64,000 nt of DNA from the NCBI RefSeq assembly GCF_009914755.1, contig NC_060928.1; one strand, written 5' to 3'. The stretch comes from the human T2T-CHM13v2.0 reference genome, Homo sapiens. This document shows positions 1 to 13,688 of this stretch, one piece after another; position 1 is the first letter of the stretch, and every line of letters begins with the position of its first letter. Made by a program: the position numbers and the translations under genes. The notes under the pieces are model-generated. The model ran no database searches and was not told the origin of the DNA. It was given only the letters and a program-made list of their open reading frames with translations.

Positions 1-357
1 CTGGGAGGAACCTGTTTCCAGTTAACAAGGAAACAGACCAATGAGTGACTACATGAAAAAAATTAAGGAGAAAATCCAGACACCTCTTGGTGCATGGATA
101 GTATAGAATAAACTAATCAACAGAATTCCCTTTTGACATTTGATTTAATTTAGTTTTACAGAATTCAAACGGTGATGTAATTCATTCACAAAAAATACTC
201 CCATCTCCTTGATATCTTATATTTTGTTTATTCAGGTTTGTTACACCATTCATCCAGTGCTTAGATGTGTTGTCTCTTTAATGGAGCAGATTTGTCCGGG
301 TGGCAATACTGTATCAGTGACAGAGCATTCATTTCCTCTGCTCTTCTTGTCTTACAG

Positions 358-545
358 ACTTGGATTCACTTGCTGGTCATCATTGGTAGCATCTTGTCTT
401 ATTTTTTATTTGCCATAGTTTTTGGAGCCATGTGTGTAACTTGCAACCCACCATCCAACCCTTACTGGATTATGCAGGAGCACATGCTGGATCCAGTATT
501 CTACTTAGTTTGTATCCTCACGACATCCATTGCTCTTCTGCCCAG
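358..545 (+). CDS. ATP10D: ATP10D penultimate coding exon (C-terminal TM helices of P4-ATPase)
   Basis: Pyrimidine tract + cttacag|ACT acceptor, CCCAG|gtatgg donor. Encodes TWIHLLVIIGSILSYFLFAIVFGAMCVTCNPPSNPYWIMQEHMLDPVFYLVCILTTSIALLPR, typical of the ATP10 family. Phase 2 end matches the next exon. Confidence 0.95.
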
Positions 546-874
546 GTATGGTATTTATTTTATCATTGAGAGAATAAATGGAATCATAGGCTAAGAATCC
601 TTCAAGCAACTACACTACTAAGAATGGTTGGCAGCCCACCCTGTTTAGTAGTGAGAAAGTCAATTTGTGTCCTAGTTAAAATATTGGTTTTTAACTCTTT
701 TATCAGAGAACAAAAGTGGCTTAAGCAAACCGAGAGACTGATTTATCTCTCATGAAAAAGTTTATCTGGTTGACAGTTTACAGGGATAGGGTAGCTTTGC
801 TTCACAGGGTTATCTAAGGACCTAGATCCTTTTCTCTATCTTTTTACTTTGCTGTCTCCCAAGGGTCAGGCCCT

Positions 875-1201
875 TGTTTGGGTCCATTTCGTGCTGCCAC
901 AGTGGAATTTATAAACAGAAATTTATTGGCTCACAGTTTTGGAGGCTGAAAAGTCTAACGTCAAGCCACCAGAAGATTTGACGATCCCAATTCCAAGATG
1001 GCACCTTGAACACTGCACCTTCAGATGGTGGAAGGGCAAAGAGGCAAAAGGGGATCAAACTCGCCCTCTTATAATGGCATTAATCTCACTCAGGAGGGCT
1101 CTGCCTTATCACCTCTTAAAGGTCCTATCTCTTAATATTGTAAAAACAGCCGCTAAATTTCAACATGAGTTTTGGAGGGAATAAACATTCCAACCATAGC
1201 A
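875..1201 (-). mobile_element. MaLR solo LTR (MST/MLT-like)
   Basis: aatttattggctcacagttttggaggctg...ttccaagatggcacc...tttcaacatgagttttgg...aaccatagca. Confidence 0.75.
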
Positions 1202-1717
1202 GCCCTCATCTCATGACAGAAGGTGACTACTCAGCTGATCCTCAGCCCTGCTTGCCCCTGTATACAGGAATGGGAAAGTTGAGGGCAAGCAGCTTTGTTT
1301 TTATATTTTTGTTTGTTTGTTTGTTTTTCATGTAGTGGCATGAACCTACATATGTACATTGTAACTGAGTGGCTAAAATCTTGGAGTTTCTAAAAGGAAG
1401 AAAGGGAGGCTGGGTGTTGAGGGACAAGTAGCAGTCTCTACTACAATCTGTAAGCACTGAACACTTTTCAACTTTCCTCCCTTATCTGAGTTCAGTTACT
1501 CCCCCAGTTCTAGTTTAATCTGATTTATAGTATTGTATGGGATGGAAATGACTAAGAAGAATACATGGGTTTTTAATATATAGATTCTTGGAACTCAGAA
1601 CTCATCATCTCTGCAGTTTCACAAAATCTGTTTAGTTGAAAATATTATAACAAATAGTTGTTCTGCTTTTTTAAACATAAATGAGAGTCATAATGGTAAG
1701 TTCATGTTATTCTATAA

Positions 1718-1934
1718 CAGCGTCAACAAACTGTGGCAAACAGGCCAAATTTGGCCTACTGTCTGATTTTGTAAATAAAGCTTTGTTAGAATATAGCCAT
1801 ACTCACTTATATATGATCTATGGCTGCTTATGCAATACAACAGCAGAACTGAATAGTTCCAACAAAGTTTGTCTGGCTCCCAGTGCCTAAAATATTACTA
1901 TCCAGCCCTTTACAGAAAAGGTTTGCCCGCTCTG
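1718..1934. mobile_element. MER58A-like hAT-Charlie MITE
   Basis: ggccaaatttggcc...ttttgtaaataaag...ccctttacagaaaaggtttgcc. Confidence 0.75.
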
Positions 1935-2212
1935 ATCTGTAGCTGTATCATACGGCACAGTGGACACAATCCTTTGTTGCTGATGAATGTCTCTTCCAGA
2001 AATGCATTAAAAAACCCATCTGAGTTACTCAATGGTACTTATATATAACAATATCACTGTGAAACGAAGATACTTCTATAGTGCTCACTGCTATTGCCAG
2101 CTTCCAGATTAAAAACTGACAAGATGAACTTACAGAATTTCTGAAAAAACAATTACTTAAAGGTTTTAGCTTTAAAAATTCTGGGCCTTTAACAGTATAG
2201 TTCTAATATTAT

Positions 2213-4012
2213 CGTGGTATGCTAAAAAATGACTCCCTAAAAGATTTCCATGTCCTAATCCCTGTAACCTGTAAATTTTATCTTATGTGGCAAGAAAAGA
2301 ACTTTGCATGAGTGATTACATTATGGATCTTGAGACAAAGAGATTAGTTATCCAGGTGGATCCTAAATGTAACCACAAGTGTCCTTATAAGAAAGAGGCA
2401 GAGGGAGATTTGACACAGAAGAGGAGAAGGTACTATGACTATGGGATCATGGATTCCTTAGCCACAAGCCAAGAAATGTCAGAAGCCACCAGAAGCTGGA
2501 AGAGGCAAGGAATAGATTCTCTACTAGAGGGTCCAGAGGGAGCATGCCCTTTCCAATACCTTGATTTTGGCCCAGTGAAGCTAATTTCATAATTTTTTGC
2601 CTTGAAAACATTGAGAGAATAATTTTTGTAATTCTAAGCTACCAAGTTTGTAATAACGTGGTATAGCAGTCATAGGAAACTAATACAGATTTGGGTACTC
2701 AGAATAGGTTTCTGCTATAACAAATGCCTAAAACTGTGGAAGTGGCTTTGAAACTGGATAATGGGCAGAGGCAGGATGAATTTTGGCACATAATAGAAAA
2801 ATTCTCCTAGACTTCCTTACACAGGCTCTTGGTAGAAATATGGACATTTAAGTTGTAACCAGTGATCTTGATAGCTACATTTACTTATTAGTTCCAATAT
2901 TTTATTTTAGGTTTTCTACATATACAGTAATGCCATTAGCAAATAATGACCAGTGTGTTTCTTTCTTTCCAATACATAGGCACTTAATTTTTCTCATTGA
3001 CCTGGCTAGGGAAGCTTGTCTTGTTTCTGATCCCAGAAGGAAAGGTTTCCATATTTCTCTGTTAATTATGATGTTTTATATAGAATTTTATGACTATACC
3101 ATTAACCAGATTAAAGAAGTTCCATTCTATTCCTTATTTTCACATTTAAAACATATATAAATTTGTGTATCCATTGAGATAAGATTTTCTTTGTCACACT
3201 GTTAGTGTAGTAAATTACATTAATTGCTTTTATAATATGAAAACAATCTTGCATTCCTGAAAAATTAAGTTACTGTTGGTGAGGTTTCAGAAGAAAATGA
3301 AGAAGTCAGAGAAAGCCTGTATCATCAGATGCAGAGAATACATATATCATCATACACAGAAAGTTGCTAGAAATATGAATTTTCAAGTACACTGATGAGG
3401 ACTCGGAAGAAAATGAGGAACATGCTTGGGAATTTGAGGGAAGTGGATCTTTCAAATACTGGCAGAAAAATTAGCTAAATTGTGTTCTACAGTAATATGG
3501 AAAGCAGAATTTGTAAGGAATGAACTTGGATATTTGGCAGAGGAGGTTTCTAAGCAAAGTGTCAAAGTTGTGTCCTGATTTACTGCTTATAGTAAAATGT
3601 GAGAGGAAAGAGACTGAAGGGAAAACTGCTAAGCCACAAGGAACTTGGTTTAGGAAATTCTCAGTCTATCCAGATTGCAAAAGTTGCTAAAATTAGGAGA
3701 TTGACTGTTAGTAGTATGCTCTGGAGAGAAGTCTGAGAGCATAGCTGGACAACCTTTCTGCTAGTGCTGAAGAGATTAGTTATGTGATTCCTAGATCTCC
3801 TCAACCATTGCAGTAGTAACCAGGAAAAGAAATGAGGTTATACAGGAAAGATCTGTGGTGGCCCCTCCTATTTAGTGGCATAAATCCAAGTGACATACAT
3901 AGGAGAGTCACAAGACTTTTGAGAATGTTATACCAGAAGAAACACTGCCAGCTTAGCCTACAAAGGGACACATTTGTGGTACTTTGTTACAATAGCCATA
4001 GGAAACTGGTAC
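2213..4012 (+). mobile_element. MLT1 (MLT1D-like) LTR plus MLT1-int internal region, interrupted by an old L1 fragment (~2860-3260)
   Basis: LTR catgtcctaatccctg...ggaaactaataca (ends 2687) runs directly into internal-type gatttgggtac...gtggaagtggctttgaaactgg; LTR 3' remnant at ~3970-4012. Confidence 0.7.
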
Positions 4013-4381
4013 AAATAGCATTTTTAACACCTACTATGTGTCAACACTCTGCCTGCTTTGTATGTATTGTCTCATTTAACCTAACATTAAGCCTATGTAG
4101 CAACTATTTATATCTCTACTTTTATAGATGCTATTTAGTTTTGCTTTTTAATAAACACTTATATGGCAATTACTATTTTCTAATTGCTTTACAAATATTA
4201 ATTTATTTAATATTGTTTTATCTCCATTTTGTATTAGAGTTCGGTTACCCTCCCCCTTTATTTCAGGAGCCAAGTGGCCACCAGACCCTTTTACTTTTTT
4301 AATTCGTTAGTATTTGGGGGGGGGGGGTTCCGTAATGCATTTGAGATGAATTTAATTCTAATGATGTTCCTTGTCACCTAG

Positions 4382-4721
4382 GTTTGTATACAGAGTTCTT
4401 CAGGGATCCCTGTTTCCATCTCCAATTCTGAGAGCTAAGCACTTTGACAGACTAACTCCAGAGGAGAGGACTAAAGCTCTCAAGAAGTGGAGAGGGGCTG
4501 GAAAGATGAATCAAGTGACATCAAAGTATGCTAACCAATCAGCTGGCAAGTCAGGAAGAAGACCCATGCCTGGCCCTTCTGCTGTATTTGCAATGAAGTC
4601 AGCAAGTTCCTGTGCTATTGAGCAAGGAAACTTATCTCTGTGTGAAACTGCTTTAGATCAAGGCTACTCTGAAACTAAGGCCTTTGAGATGGCTGGACCC
4701 TCCAAAGGTAAAGAAAGCTAG
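4382..4721 (+). CDS. ATP10D: ATP10D last coding exon (cytoplasmic tail to TAG)
   Basis: cctag|G acceptor completes the AG|G Arg codon; FVYRVLQGSLFPSP...GPSKGKES*; stop TAG at 4719-4721. Confidence 0.95.
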
Positions 4722-6480
4722 ATACCCTCCTTGGAGTTGCAAGTATTCTTTCAAGGTTGGAAGAGGGATTTTGAAGAGGTATCTCTCCAAGCAAGAATGA
4801 CTTGTTTTTCCATAAGGGACATGAGCATTTTACTAGGCTTGGAAGAGCTGACATAATGAGCATTATTGTATGTTTGTATATACATTTGTGATAGAGGGCT
4901 AGAGTTTGACCTAGAGAGAGTTTAAGGAAGTGAAATATTTAATTCAGAACCAAATGCTTTTGTAAAACTTTTTGGATTTTGTAAAAGCATTTTCATTCTC
5001 TTAGAAATTCAAGTATTTTCAAGGGGAGTCATTTGAGATATATTTATTTTACTAGGAGATCTTATATTCTAGGGAAATGCTTTAAATGGTCAGGCTCCAA
5101 TCGGAATTTTTTTAAGAAAAAAGTAGTTTTTAATACATTGGTTAGGACTCAGAGGAAATACGGAAAAAACATTGTAGATGGTTAATTTACAGATAAAATC
5201 CCAAGAGCCTTTTAAACAACAAGGTACCTAAAATAGGGTATAATTATACTGCTTAAAATACAGTTAGTGCCTATTAATAGCTTTTTATTTCCTATGGGAA
5301 GATGCTTTTGGTCTTCTGGCTGAAGATGTAGGCATACCTCTCACTCATTTCAATGTTTTCCTGAGGTGGAGCCTTCATTGGAAAGGGGAAAGAGGGATTC
5401 TAGGGTTTCATCAGGGACCAGGAATGCATTCCTCTGTCAGGTTCCAATCAAGAGAAGACCTTTTATGAGATCTGCCTCTGTATAGATGTTGTCAGTTAGG
5501 AAACTGAAGCCATAGGTCAGGCAGACATCAGCTCAGCCTGTGGCCCATTGGGTGATTTCCTGTATTTTAAAACTGACAGTAGCCTGATCAAAGTGATACA
5601 ATCAATTTCAAAACAATCTTCCAGAGACCACTTGAAGGTTCATAGTTTTTACAATACCCTGAGACTTTTCAGGTGTTGGAGCCTCTAAAATATGAGATAT
5701 AAACAGAAACTAATACAAGTTGTTCTCTGGAGGTTTCTATGAGGTTCTTAGAAAAATTTGGTTTTAAAATCATTTGAGGACAGGAATGTCTATAGCAAGT
5801 TTACTCCTATTGCGAATCATGTATGCTGGCTTTAGTTGTAACAAACGATTTTATTCTAAGTAAGGCCAGGTGCTACTATAAAATCATATATTCCTGTTGA
5901 AGTTCTTTTGAAGTCCTATCTCTATTTATTATATTTGAAAGTTGTCAGCCACCAGTCATCCAGAATTTCCTTCCTGAATCTCCATGCTCATATGCAATGT
6001 CTACATCAAGGTCTTCTTAATGACTATTATTCTCAGGGTTTAGTTTTCTACCTTCTGCCTACTATTTTGGTCTGACATTTTTGTAGCCTTCTGTTATTAT
6101 TGGAAATAGTCTCTTACATAAGCTGATTTCGAGAACTTTCAAAATCTCACATAGCTAATGGAAGTTGCTTTCTGCTTTCTTATGACTGTTTTTATAAATA
6201 AACTGTTTCATAAATAATGTATACTGGAAAATTGTCATCACTCTTGTAAACATTTGCCAAATCCAACTGTAATTAGTACCAGAACTTAGAAGGAAAGTCA
6301 CAAAGCATGCCTTTTACCAGAATATTGCTTTGCCTTTTCTTATATGGAAAATCACTGATGTCATATCATTTATTATCCTCACAGCAGCTGGCATTCATTC
6401 CCTGAAATCGTCGTCTCCTGATAAACAATAATTTAGAGATATGTTCACTTGTAAATAAAAAGGTTAGAATCTAAGGACAA
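4722..6480 (+). other. ATP10D: ATP10D 3'UTR (end uncertain)
   Basis: AT-rich sequence after the stop; AATAAA at 6197-6202 and 6454-6459; true end not determinable from sequence. Confidence 0.65.
6197..6202 (+). terminator. Candidate ATP10D polyadenylation signal AATAAA
   Basis: Canonical hexamer in AT-rich context; second candidate at 6454-6459. Confidence 0.55.
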
Positions 6481-7355
6481 AGAATGATCCAAAAATACTA
6501 AGGAAAAAGAACAATTTTCAATTTTCAGAAATGAATTATCTGTACATATGAATAGAGGAAAATACTGAGTGCTAATGTTACAGGGCCACAATCTCATATC
6601 CACAATTCCAAAATCTCCAAACCTCTGAAAACTGAAATATTTTTCATAAATTAGGCGTAAATTCTATGCCCTGAACAAATGTAAAGCTATTTATGTACTT
6701 TGCTTAATGTAATCATTCATATACTTTGCTACAAAAATATTAATATATTTCATTACTGAATGCTAAACTGTATTTCTTTTTAAAATTTGGAAAATTTTTA
6801 ATTCTGAAACACAATCTAGACCTTAGGCTAAAGAGGTTGGGATCTGTATGAAGCCTTTAAAGGGTCACATTTACAAGTCAATAACTCTTTTACATAAAGT
6901 TACCCAAGTTGATGTGATCTGGTGTTCAGTGTATTTCACCAAATTTGGGGGGGACCAAGTATTATATCATTGCTCTCAGTAGATAAGAACATTGATTAAT
7001 ATATACATTTTGGGATATAATCTTATTACAAAAGATGTATAAAATAATTGTATTGGGTTCCCAAAATGTACTCTGGATGTTAAAGATCTGTGTGCCCTTA
7101 CGAGGACTAAAGTTCTCACTGGACACTTAATGGGCAATTTGAGACTATTAGCAACCTCTAATTTCAGACCAGTCAAGGAGCCATTGATCCTCTAAAATAA
7201 AAGAGCATGTATCTGTGAGAGTGAGATATAAGGGAGGTGAATTGTGATTGGTAAGCAGGGTGCCAGCATGCTGTTATAGAGACAGAAACAATTTCTTAGG
7301 ACTTGCCACCCATATCCATCCAAAAAAAAAAAAAAGGTGATTAGACCATTACCAT

Positions 7356-7361
7356 TTTATT
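7356..7361 (-). terminator. CORIN distal polyadenylation signal AATAAA
   Basis: TTTATT on +; U14 downstream element on - strand (A-run 7322-7335) about 20 nt further on. Confidence 0.75.
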
Positions 7362-8464
7362 TGTATTAAGAATTATTTAAAATAAGTATAATATATATAT
7401 TTCACTGAGCCTAAGTTGAGCAGGCTAAAAGTTGATACATTGAGTATGTAGCTACAACTGTAACAAAACTGACATATGTTCTTGAACTTTCATACAATCG
7501 TGACCACAATTCAGTTGCTGGATTTCACACTCTCCTTAGGTTTATACAAACTGAAGGACAGGAGATGAATAGTATAGAAATTGCTACAACTTTTTGAATT
7601 TCAACTATGTTTACACACAGAAAAGATACAAAAATACATGTATAAAATTGCAGGTAGTATCTATTTGGAATGCTGAGGCAGTCCAGGTTGCTGGTGGAGG
7701 TTAGTAGGGAATCCTAGTTGTTTAAAAGGCAAAATGGATGCCTGACTAATTAAATTAAGTATATATGAAGATTTGTGTTTTAAAGTTTTTTAGTGGGGAA
7801 AAATACTTTTTACCACTAATTGCTTCAGAAATTGAGTTGCGTAAAGTGGCCTAGAGCTAAAAATCATTTCTAAAATTTTAATTACCAATGAGAAGAAACC
7901 AGATATTAAACATCTTTTGAGGAAAATTACAAAATGTTTTACTCCATGCAAAGTCTTACTGTGCTCTAAAATATGCTCTTTATGACTTTGTTGGTATGGA
8001 TGAACGCAAGAAAACTGAAAAATAAATTTAGTTAAACGAGGGATGCAAATTAATTTTCTTTTTAAAAAATTGCATCTCTCATCTAAATTCTCTTTTGCAA
8101 AGTTTAATATCCAGTTCTTTGCCACATAAGTAAAACAAAATATTGCCCATAAATATAGATGTAGTTGTTGCAGTCTCAATCAGCCAACTCATATATCCTG
8201 AACAAACCCAGCTATGAGGACAGTTCTATAGAGACTCTTCTATAAAATTATGATCTTGATATACATCCAGAATGGGGGGTCCAATAATGTCAAGTGTTAA
8301 TATTGATATCTAAAGAACTTTGCATTCAATATGTCTTGCTACCTAAATGGATGACACTGGTCTTTTATTGCTGTCTTTTATCAGTTCTCAGAATTATGCA
8401 AACATTAGAAGGGGGTAATAGTAAATACTTTAAACATGTAAATTATCTTGGCTTTTAATAAATC

Positions 8465-8604
8465 AAATGACGAGTTACTGGGTTCAGCACACCAACATGG
8501 CACATGTATACATATGTAACTAACCTGCACGTTGTGCTCGTGTACCCTAAAATTCGAAGTGTAATAAAAAAGAATTGTGGGGTATAAAAAAAGAAAAAGA
8601 AAAG
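8465..8604 (+). mobile_element. L1PA 3'-end fragment inside the CORIN 3'UTR (antisense to CORIN)
   Basis: aaatgacgagttactgggttcagcacaccaacatggcacatgtatacatatgtaactaacctgcac...aataaaaaa. Confidence 0.88.
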
Positions 8605-9060
8605 CAAGTCTCCAATGTTAACACTGAAATTTACCACTATGCACTGAGCTTGAGAAACAAAAACTGGTAGAGATAATTAATCAGCCTAAATATCTATGTC
8701 TTTTTTTGTGATAGGATAAAAGAGACCATTCCATAACCTGTTACTGTAGCACCTGATTTTAAATCTCGCCAGAGTCGATAATTTTGTGCTGCAGTCATGG
8801 TTAGGCCTGGCAAAAGGACAAAGTCTGCTTTGTTTGCTTTTGTAAAGTCTTTCATTGAACTTGAAATAAGAGAAAAATGAAGGTGAAAAAATAAATTGAA
8901 AAAAATTAGTCCGAAACAAACATGCAAATTTGCAGTGCACGATTGAGCATTTCTGTCCATGAAAAGTGCTTCTGTACAGCTCTCTGCAGGCAGCTCTTCA
9001 CAGTCAAGAAGGCCATTTTCTTTTAGTGTAGCTGGCAAAAGTCTCTGATCATCCTTATAA

Positions 9061-9318
<258 letters not shown>

Positions 9319-10189
9319 CTATAAAGCTAAACCCAGATTAACCAACTTGGAAAGTTTCAACAAAGCTTTCCTTGTCAGCCTGTGGAGGAGTTGTGCTTTC
9401 CACTGTAAAAACAGAACTTTCAAATAAACATCTTAAACTCTGATCATTAAAAGGGTGGAGTGGCTTGGGAAGAAATTATATTTTTCCCCCAGGAAATTAC
9501 CTTTTTCAGGCATTTTCTGCACTTATAAAAATATGTCATAAAGTTTTTAAAAAGTATCAGAACTAATTACCTCAAAATTGACCTCATTCTAATTTAAGCT
9601 TGACTTATGACTGTGGAAAGTACCCAAAATGGAATAAAGATCCCCCCCACACACAGTACTGCAAACATATTCTAAAATATCTATTTTCAAGATTCTTGCT
9701 TTGTGAATGAATACATTAAGCATAACACAATTTGGGGTCCCTTACTACACTTCTTAATAGTTCTTAGGACTTTTTAATTTGGCATAGTTGAATACAAAAT
9801 AAGACCACTTAAAATTATAATGAATCATTAATAGCCTGTATTTTATTTCATATATATAGGGATTTTCATTCATGATATTTAAGGATTCCAGTTGAACTAT
9901 ATTCAGTTTTTCCCCCAAATATAGTTAATGATAAAATGCTATGGCATTAGAGATAGCAATACTTGCTACATCTGAAAACAAAGGTGTATTCTGCACTGCC
10001 TCAAAAAAGAAGAGCTGATATCATGGAAAATAAAAGAGTAAATACGTGAATTCATTGTGGAAGGTTACAAATACTCCTTGACCTACAAGACTTTCAAAAT
10101 TAGAAGCATATCTATGGTCTTCCTACTTGGTATTGTTGAAGAACATAGGACTAATGTTTCCTGATCCTCTTCTAAACATTTTCCACATA

Positions 10190-10350
10190 TTAGCTCATTT
10201 AATCTTTACAAAATACCTAAGAGTTTATATTATTTATTATATCTGTTTTGGAGATGATGAAACAGAAGCACAGGTTAAATAACTTATTCATTGGCAGAGG
10301 CTAGATTTGAATCCAGGCAGTCTGGTAACAGGATTCCAACTCTATAACTA
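10190..10350 (-). mobile_element. MIR
   Basis: ctcatttaatc...gatgatgaaacagaagcacaggttaaataactt...gatttgaatccaggcagtctgg. Confidence 0.7.
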
Positions 10351-10409
10351 CTAGGCTACCCTGCTTCTTAGGAATATTAGGGAATATTATTGCTATGAAA
10401 GAGAAATTA

Positions 10410-10849
<440 letters not shown>

Positions 10850-12014
10850 CTAATTGAATTTTTTTAAAGCAAAATTTCTTTGTTACATGTATATAATGCT
10901 TAGACGAAAAAGAAAAATTTCCTGGAAACATTTCACAAATTATTTTCACAAATTTGTTTTCACACATTTCATATGCATAGGGTATTTCATTCTTGATCTC
11001 TCCTTATATAAAATAAATAAGATGCTCAGCTATTGAAGTGGAACTATTATGTCAGAGGGTGATTAAAATGGAATGTGTTTAGAATGTCAGCACATTTTCA
11101 CTTCCAGATCAGACATTTAGTAAAATAATTATTTAGCATCTACTCTTTGCAAAGTTCTGTGCTAGTGTATAAACAAACGAATAAGGCACTGTTTTTGTCC
11201 CAGAACAGCCAAAAGTCAGCTTGGGTAACAAGGATAACCACATGAAAGCAAAATCTAATGGCTAGAAAGAGGAGGTCAAAGGAATGAGTGATGACTTCCA
11301 GGTGGAGAGGAATAAAAAATGCCTTCCTGAGATGTGGGTTTTGAGTTAGGCTTAGTGAGTCAGGTAGGCACCCCATTAAGTGCAAAATGAAAGGTGAAAA
11401 GCAAGCAATTAAAAATGAAAGGGAGACTACAGCTAAAGGCACAACTGATCTGGTCTGTTCTTTTGGTCCTCTTTGTAATATTGGGCTTGAAACCAACATT
11501 TATATTTGGCTTCAGTATTCAGTATTCAGGTTTATAGATTGTCACGGAGTAACTCACGCTTCATTATGTCCTGTTGATACAATTAAGGAAAATAATATCT
11601 GTCATATAATAGAGGTCTAAGTAGAAAAATTTGCTTCTGATATAGTAAAAAGTAGGTTTTGTTTGGTTTTCTACCTGAAGTTGTGTTAGAGAATATCTGG
11701 TATGCATTTAGTATACCCAGTACTAAATGAACTTCCACTGAACTCAGTATACACCACTGAACTCCCACTACTAAAGAAGTCGGCAAGACCTGGTTCCTAT
11801 TAGGCATCATGATAAGAACATGCCCATGCCTGTGTCTGTGGGCCTTCAGCTCTCTGTCAAGGAATCATCTCCCTTCCCCTCCTTTAGCAACTGCCAAGAG
11901 ATGATCTTGAACATGTGCCAAGAGGTGCTAGTTTTTGGTAAACCTCCAAATGACATTGGAGAGAGGAAGAAATGTAGTTATATTAATCATTGCTGCCAGA
12001 CTGACTGGTTTCAT

Positions 12015-12460
12015 GTCCTCAGTCTACCACCTTCATGCTGGCTGATTTGGGGCAAATTACTTAACCTCCTGTATTCTTGATCTGTTTAGGGAAAATAAAG
12101 ACACTGCCATATGGGTTGATTGTGATAATTAAATGAGTTATTAGAAAGCGTTTTGCAGAGAGCCCGAAACATAATAAGCACTAAATTGATAGCTGTTAAT
12201 ATTGGTGTAATTACTATTCATTGAATGTCTAAGTATGTGCCAGATATCATATACAGATATGTGAAAGATATGGGCTTCCAAATACATTCACTTAGTTAAT
12301 CCTCATGGACAGAATTAGTCCCATTTTACTCATGAGAAAGCTATCTAGAGAGGTTAGATAACTTCCCCGGGTTATACTGGTCTCACTGGCAGAGATGAAT
12401 TCCAACCCAGATATTTCAGGCTTCAAATCCTGTGCCCCACACCCACATCATGCTGCCTCC
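12015..12460. mobile_element. Two MIR fragments in opposite orientation
   Basis: ttggggcaaattacttaacctc (+) and cccattttac...gaggttagataacttccc (-). Confidence 0.6.
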
Positions 12461-13554
12461 TACAACACTTTATTTTGGGCCTGGGAAATCAAACCCAGTC
12501 CTCCTGTAGAGAAGGGAGGGATTCCTTTACCACCATCCACGTCAGCAGGATGACTTGTGGCCATGAAGCAGAAAGGAGGGTGGTCTCAGCGAAATGCCAA
12601 GGGAGCTGTCTGCCTCCCTCTTTCCCATGACAACTATCTAAGGAATCACCACAGGGCCATTTTCAATACCCTGATTTTTCCATTCTAAAATGGATCATCA
12701 AAAATATAGTTTATTTAAATTGAGTTAGTACTTAAGAGCACTGTTGTATCTTTTCTTCATTACTAAACTGTAGGGAGCAATTTACTCCCAATTAAAGGTG
12801 CTTCACAGCAGCATAGTATAATAACTGTCTTCCCCAGTTTTTGTTACAAGCTTATTTGAGCACTTGCACTTTTCCCTCCTTTCCTGGGAGCCAGTCCAGT
12901 ATAATGTTCGATGTGTGTCTATTAAGTAAAAATAAAAAGGCACCTCTACACTATTATGTTAATATGTTCTGCAAACTCTCATGGCCATGAATCCTGAGTA
13001 TCTAAAGGTTGAGTTCAGTGACATTTGAGGACATGCTGGCAATCAAGTGAGGGCCCAGACAACACCAGTGTGATGACCCCTGAGACAGAGGTAGTCCTGT
13101 CTCACACCCTGGAAGTTGGGGTGTTGATGTGTGGCTTCCTGCCATCACCCTAATGGCTGACAATGTCCTTTCATGCCTTCCCTGCTTCCCCAGGGCAGCC
13201 AGGTGGAAGCCATGGTTACTACTAGCTCCTCTTAGAACCTCATTTATCCTAGCCACTAAAATGGTTGAATGAGATGAACAGGAAAAATTGTTTTTCTCCT
13301 GTTGCTGAACAAGGGTGATGTTCCCCATATAGTAGATGAGACAGTAGAAGGCACCCTGAATAAAGAGGATGGGTGTAATTGTGGGGATTGCTTGTGTACC
13401 AGCTGCAGGAAAATGTGCTGTTAATAATTAAACATTTGGCAACAAATGATTTTCAAAAAATGTTTCCAAAGGGCCATACGTAATAATGAGTTTATAGGAA
13501 TCCACTGAAGTTATTGTTGAACTGAATCTCCTTGGTAACCAGAAAGCAACTTAC

Positions 13555-13688
13555 CATGCATGAATCAACTGTGCCAGACTCATAGCCAGCACATATCATC
13601 CGAGTGGTGATGGTCTTCATGTCAAAGTAGGACTGACAATGTTCCAGAGAAATAATGCGGACCTCTCCCTCTTGCAGCTTAAATGGCA
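13555..13688 (-). CDS. CORIN: CORIN exon 21 (protease domain, S1 Asp in DSC)
   Basis: ttcag|TG CCA ... TGC ATG|gtaag; (M)PFKLQEGEVRIISLEHCQSYFDMKTITTRMICAGYESGTVDSCM; 134 nt. Confidence 0.97.

Larger units (their letters stand above)
7338..9060 (-). other. CORIN: CORIN 3'UTR (~1.7 kb)
   Basis: Lies between the TAA stop (9061-9063) and the polyA signal at 7356-7361. Confidence 0.8.

Noticed and set aside
3832-4302. 156-aa hydrophobic ORF
   Set aside because: Spans MLT1/MIR remnants and AT-rich intron; hydrophobicity reflects T-richness.
8686-9038. ORFs in the CORIN 3'UTR (114 aa and 84 aa)
   Set aside because: No recognisable domain, low-complexity composition, downstream of the real stop.
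11728-11772. Repeated ccactgaactc motif / CRISPR-like spacing
   Set aside because: Only 2-3 short imperfect copies in eukaryotic intron; no array or cas genes anywhere in the window.
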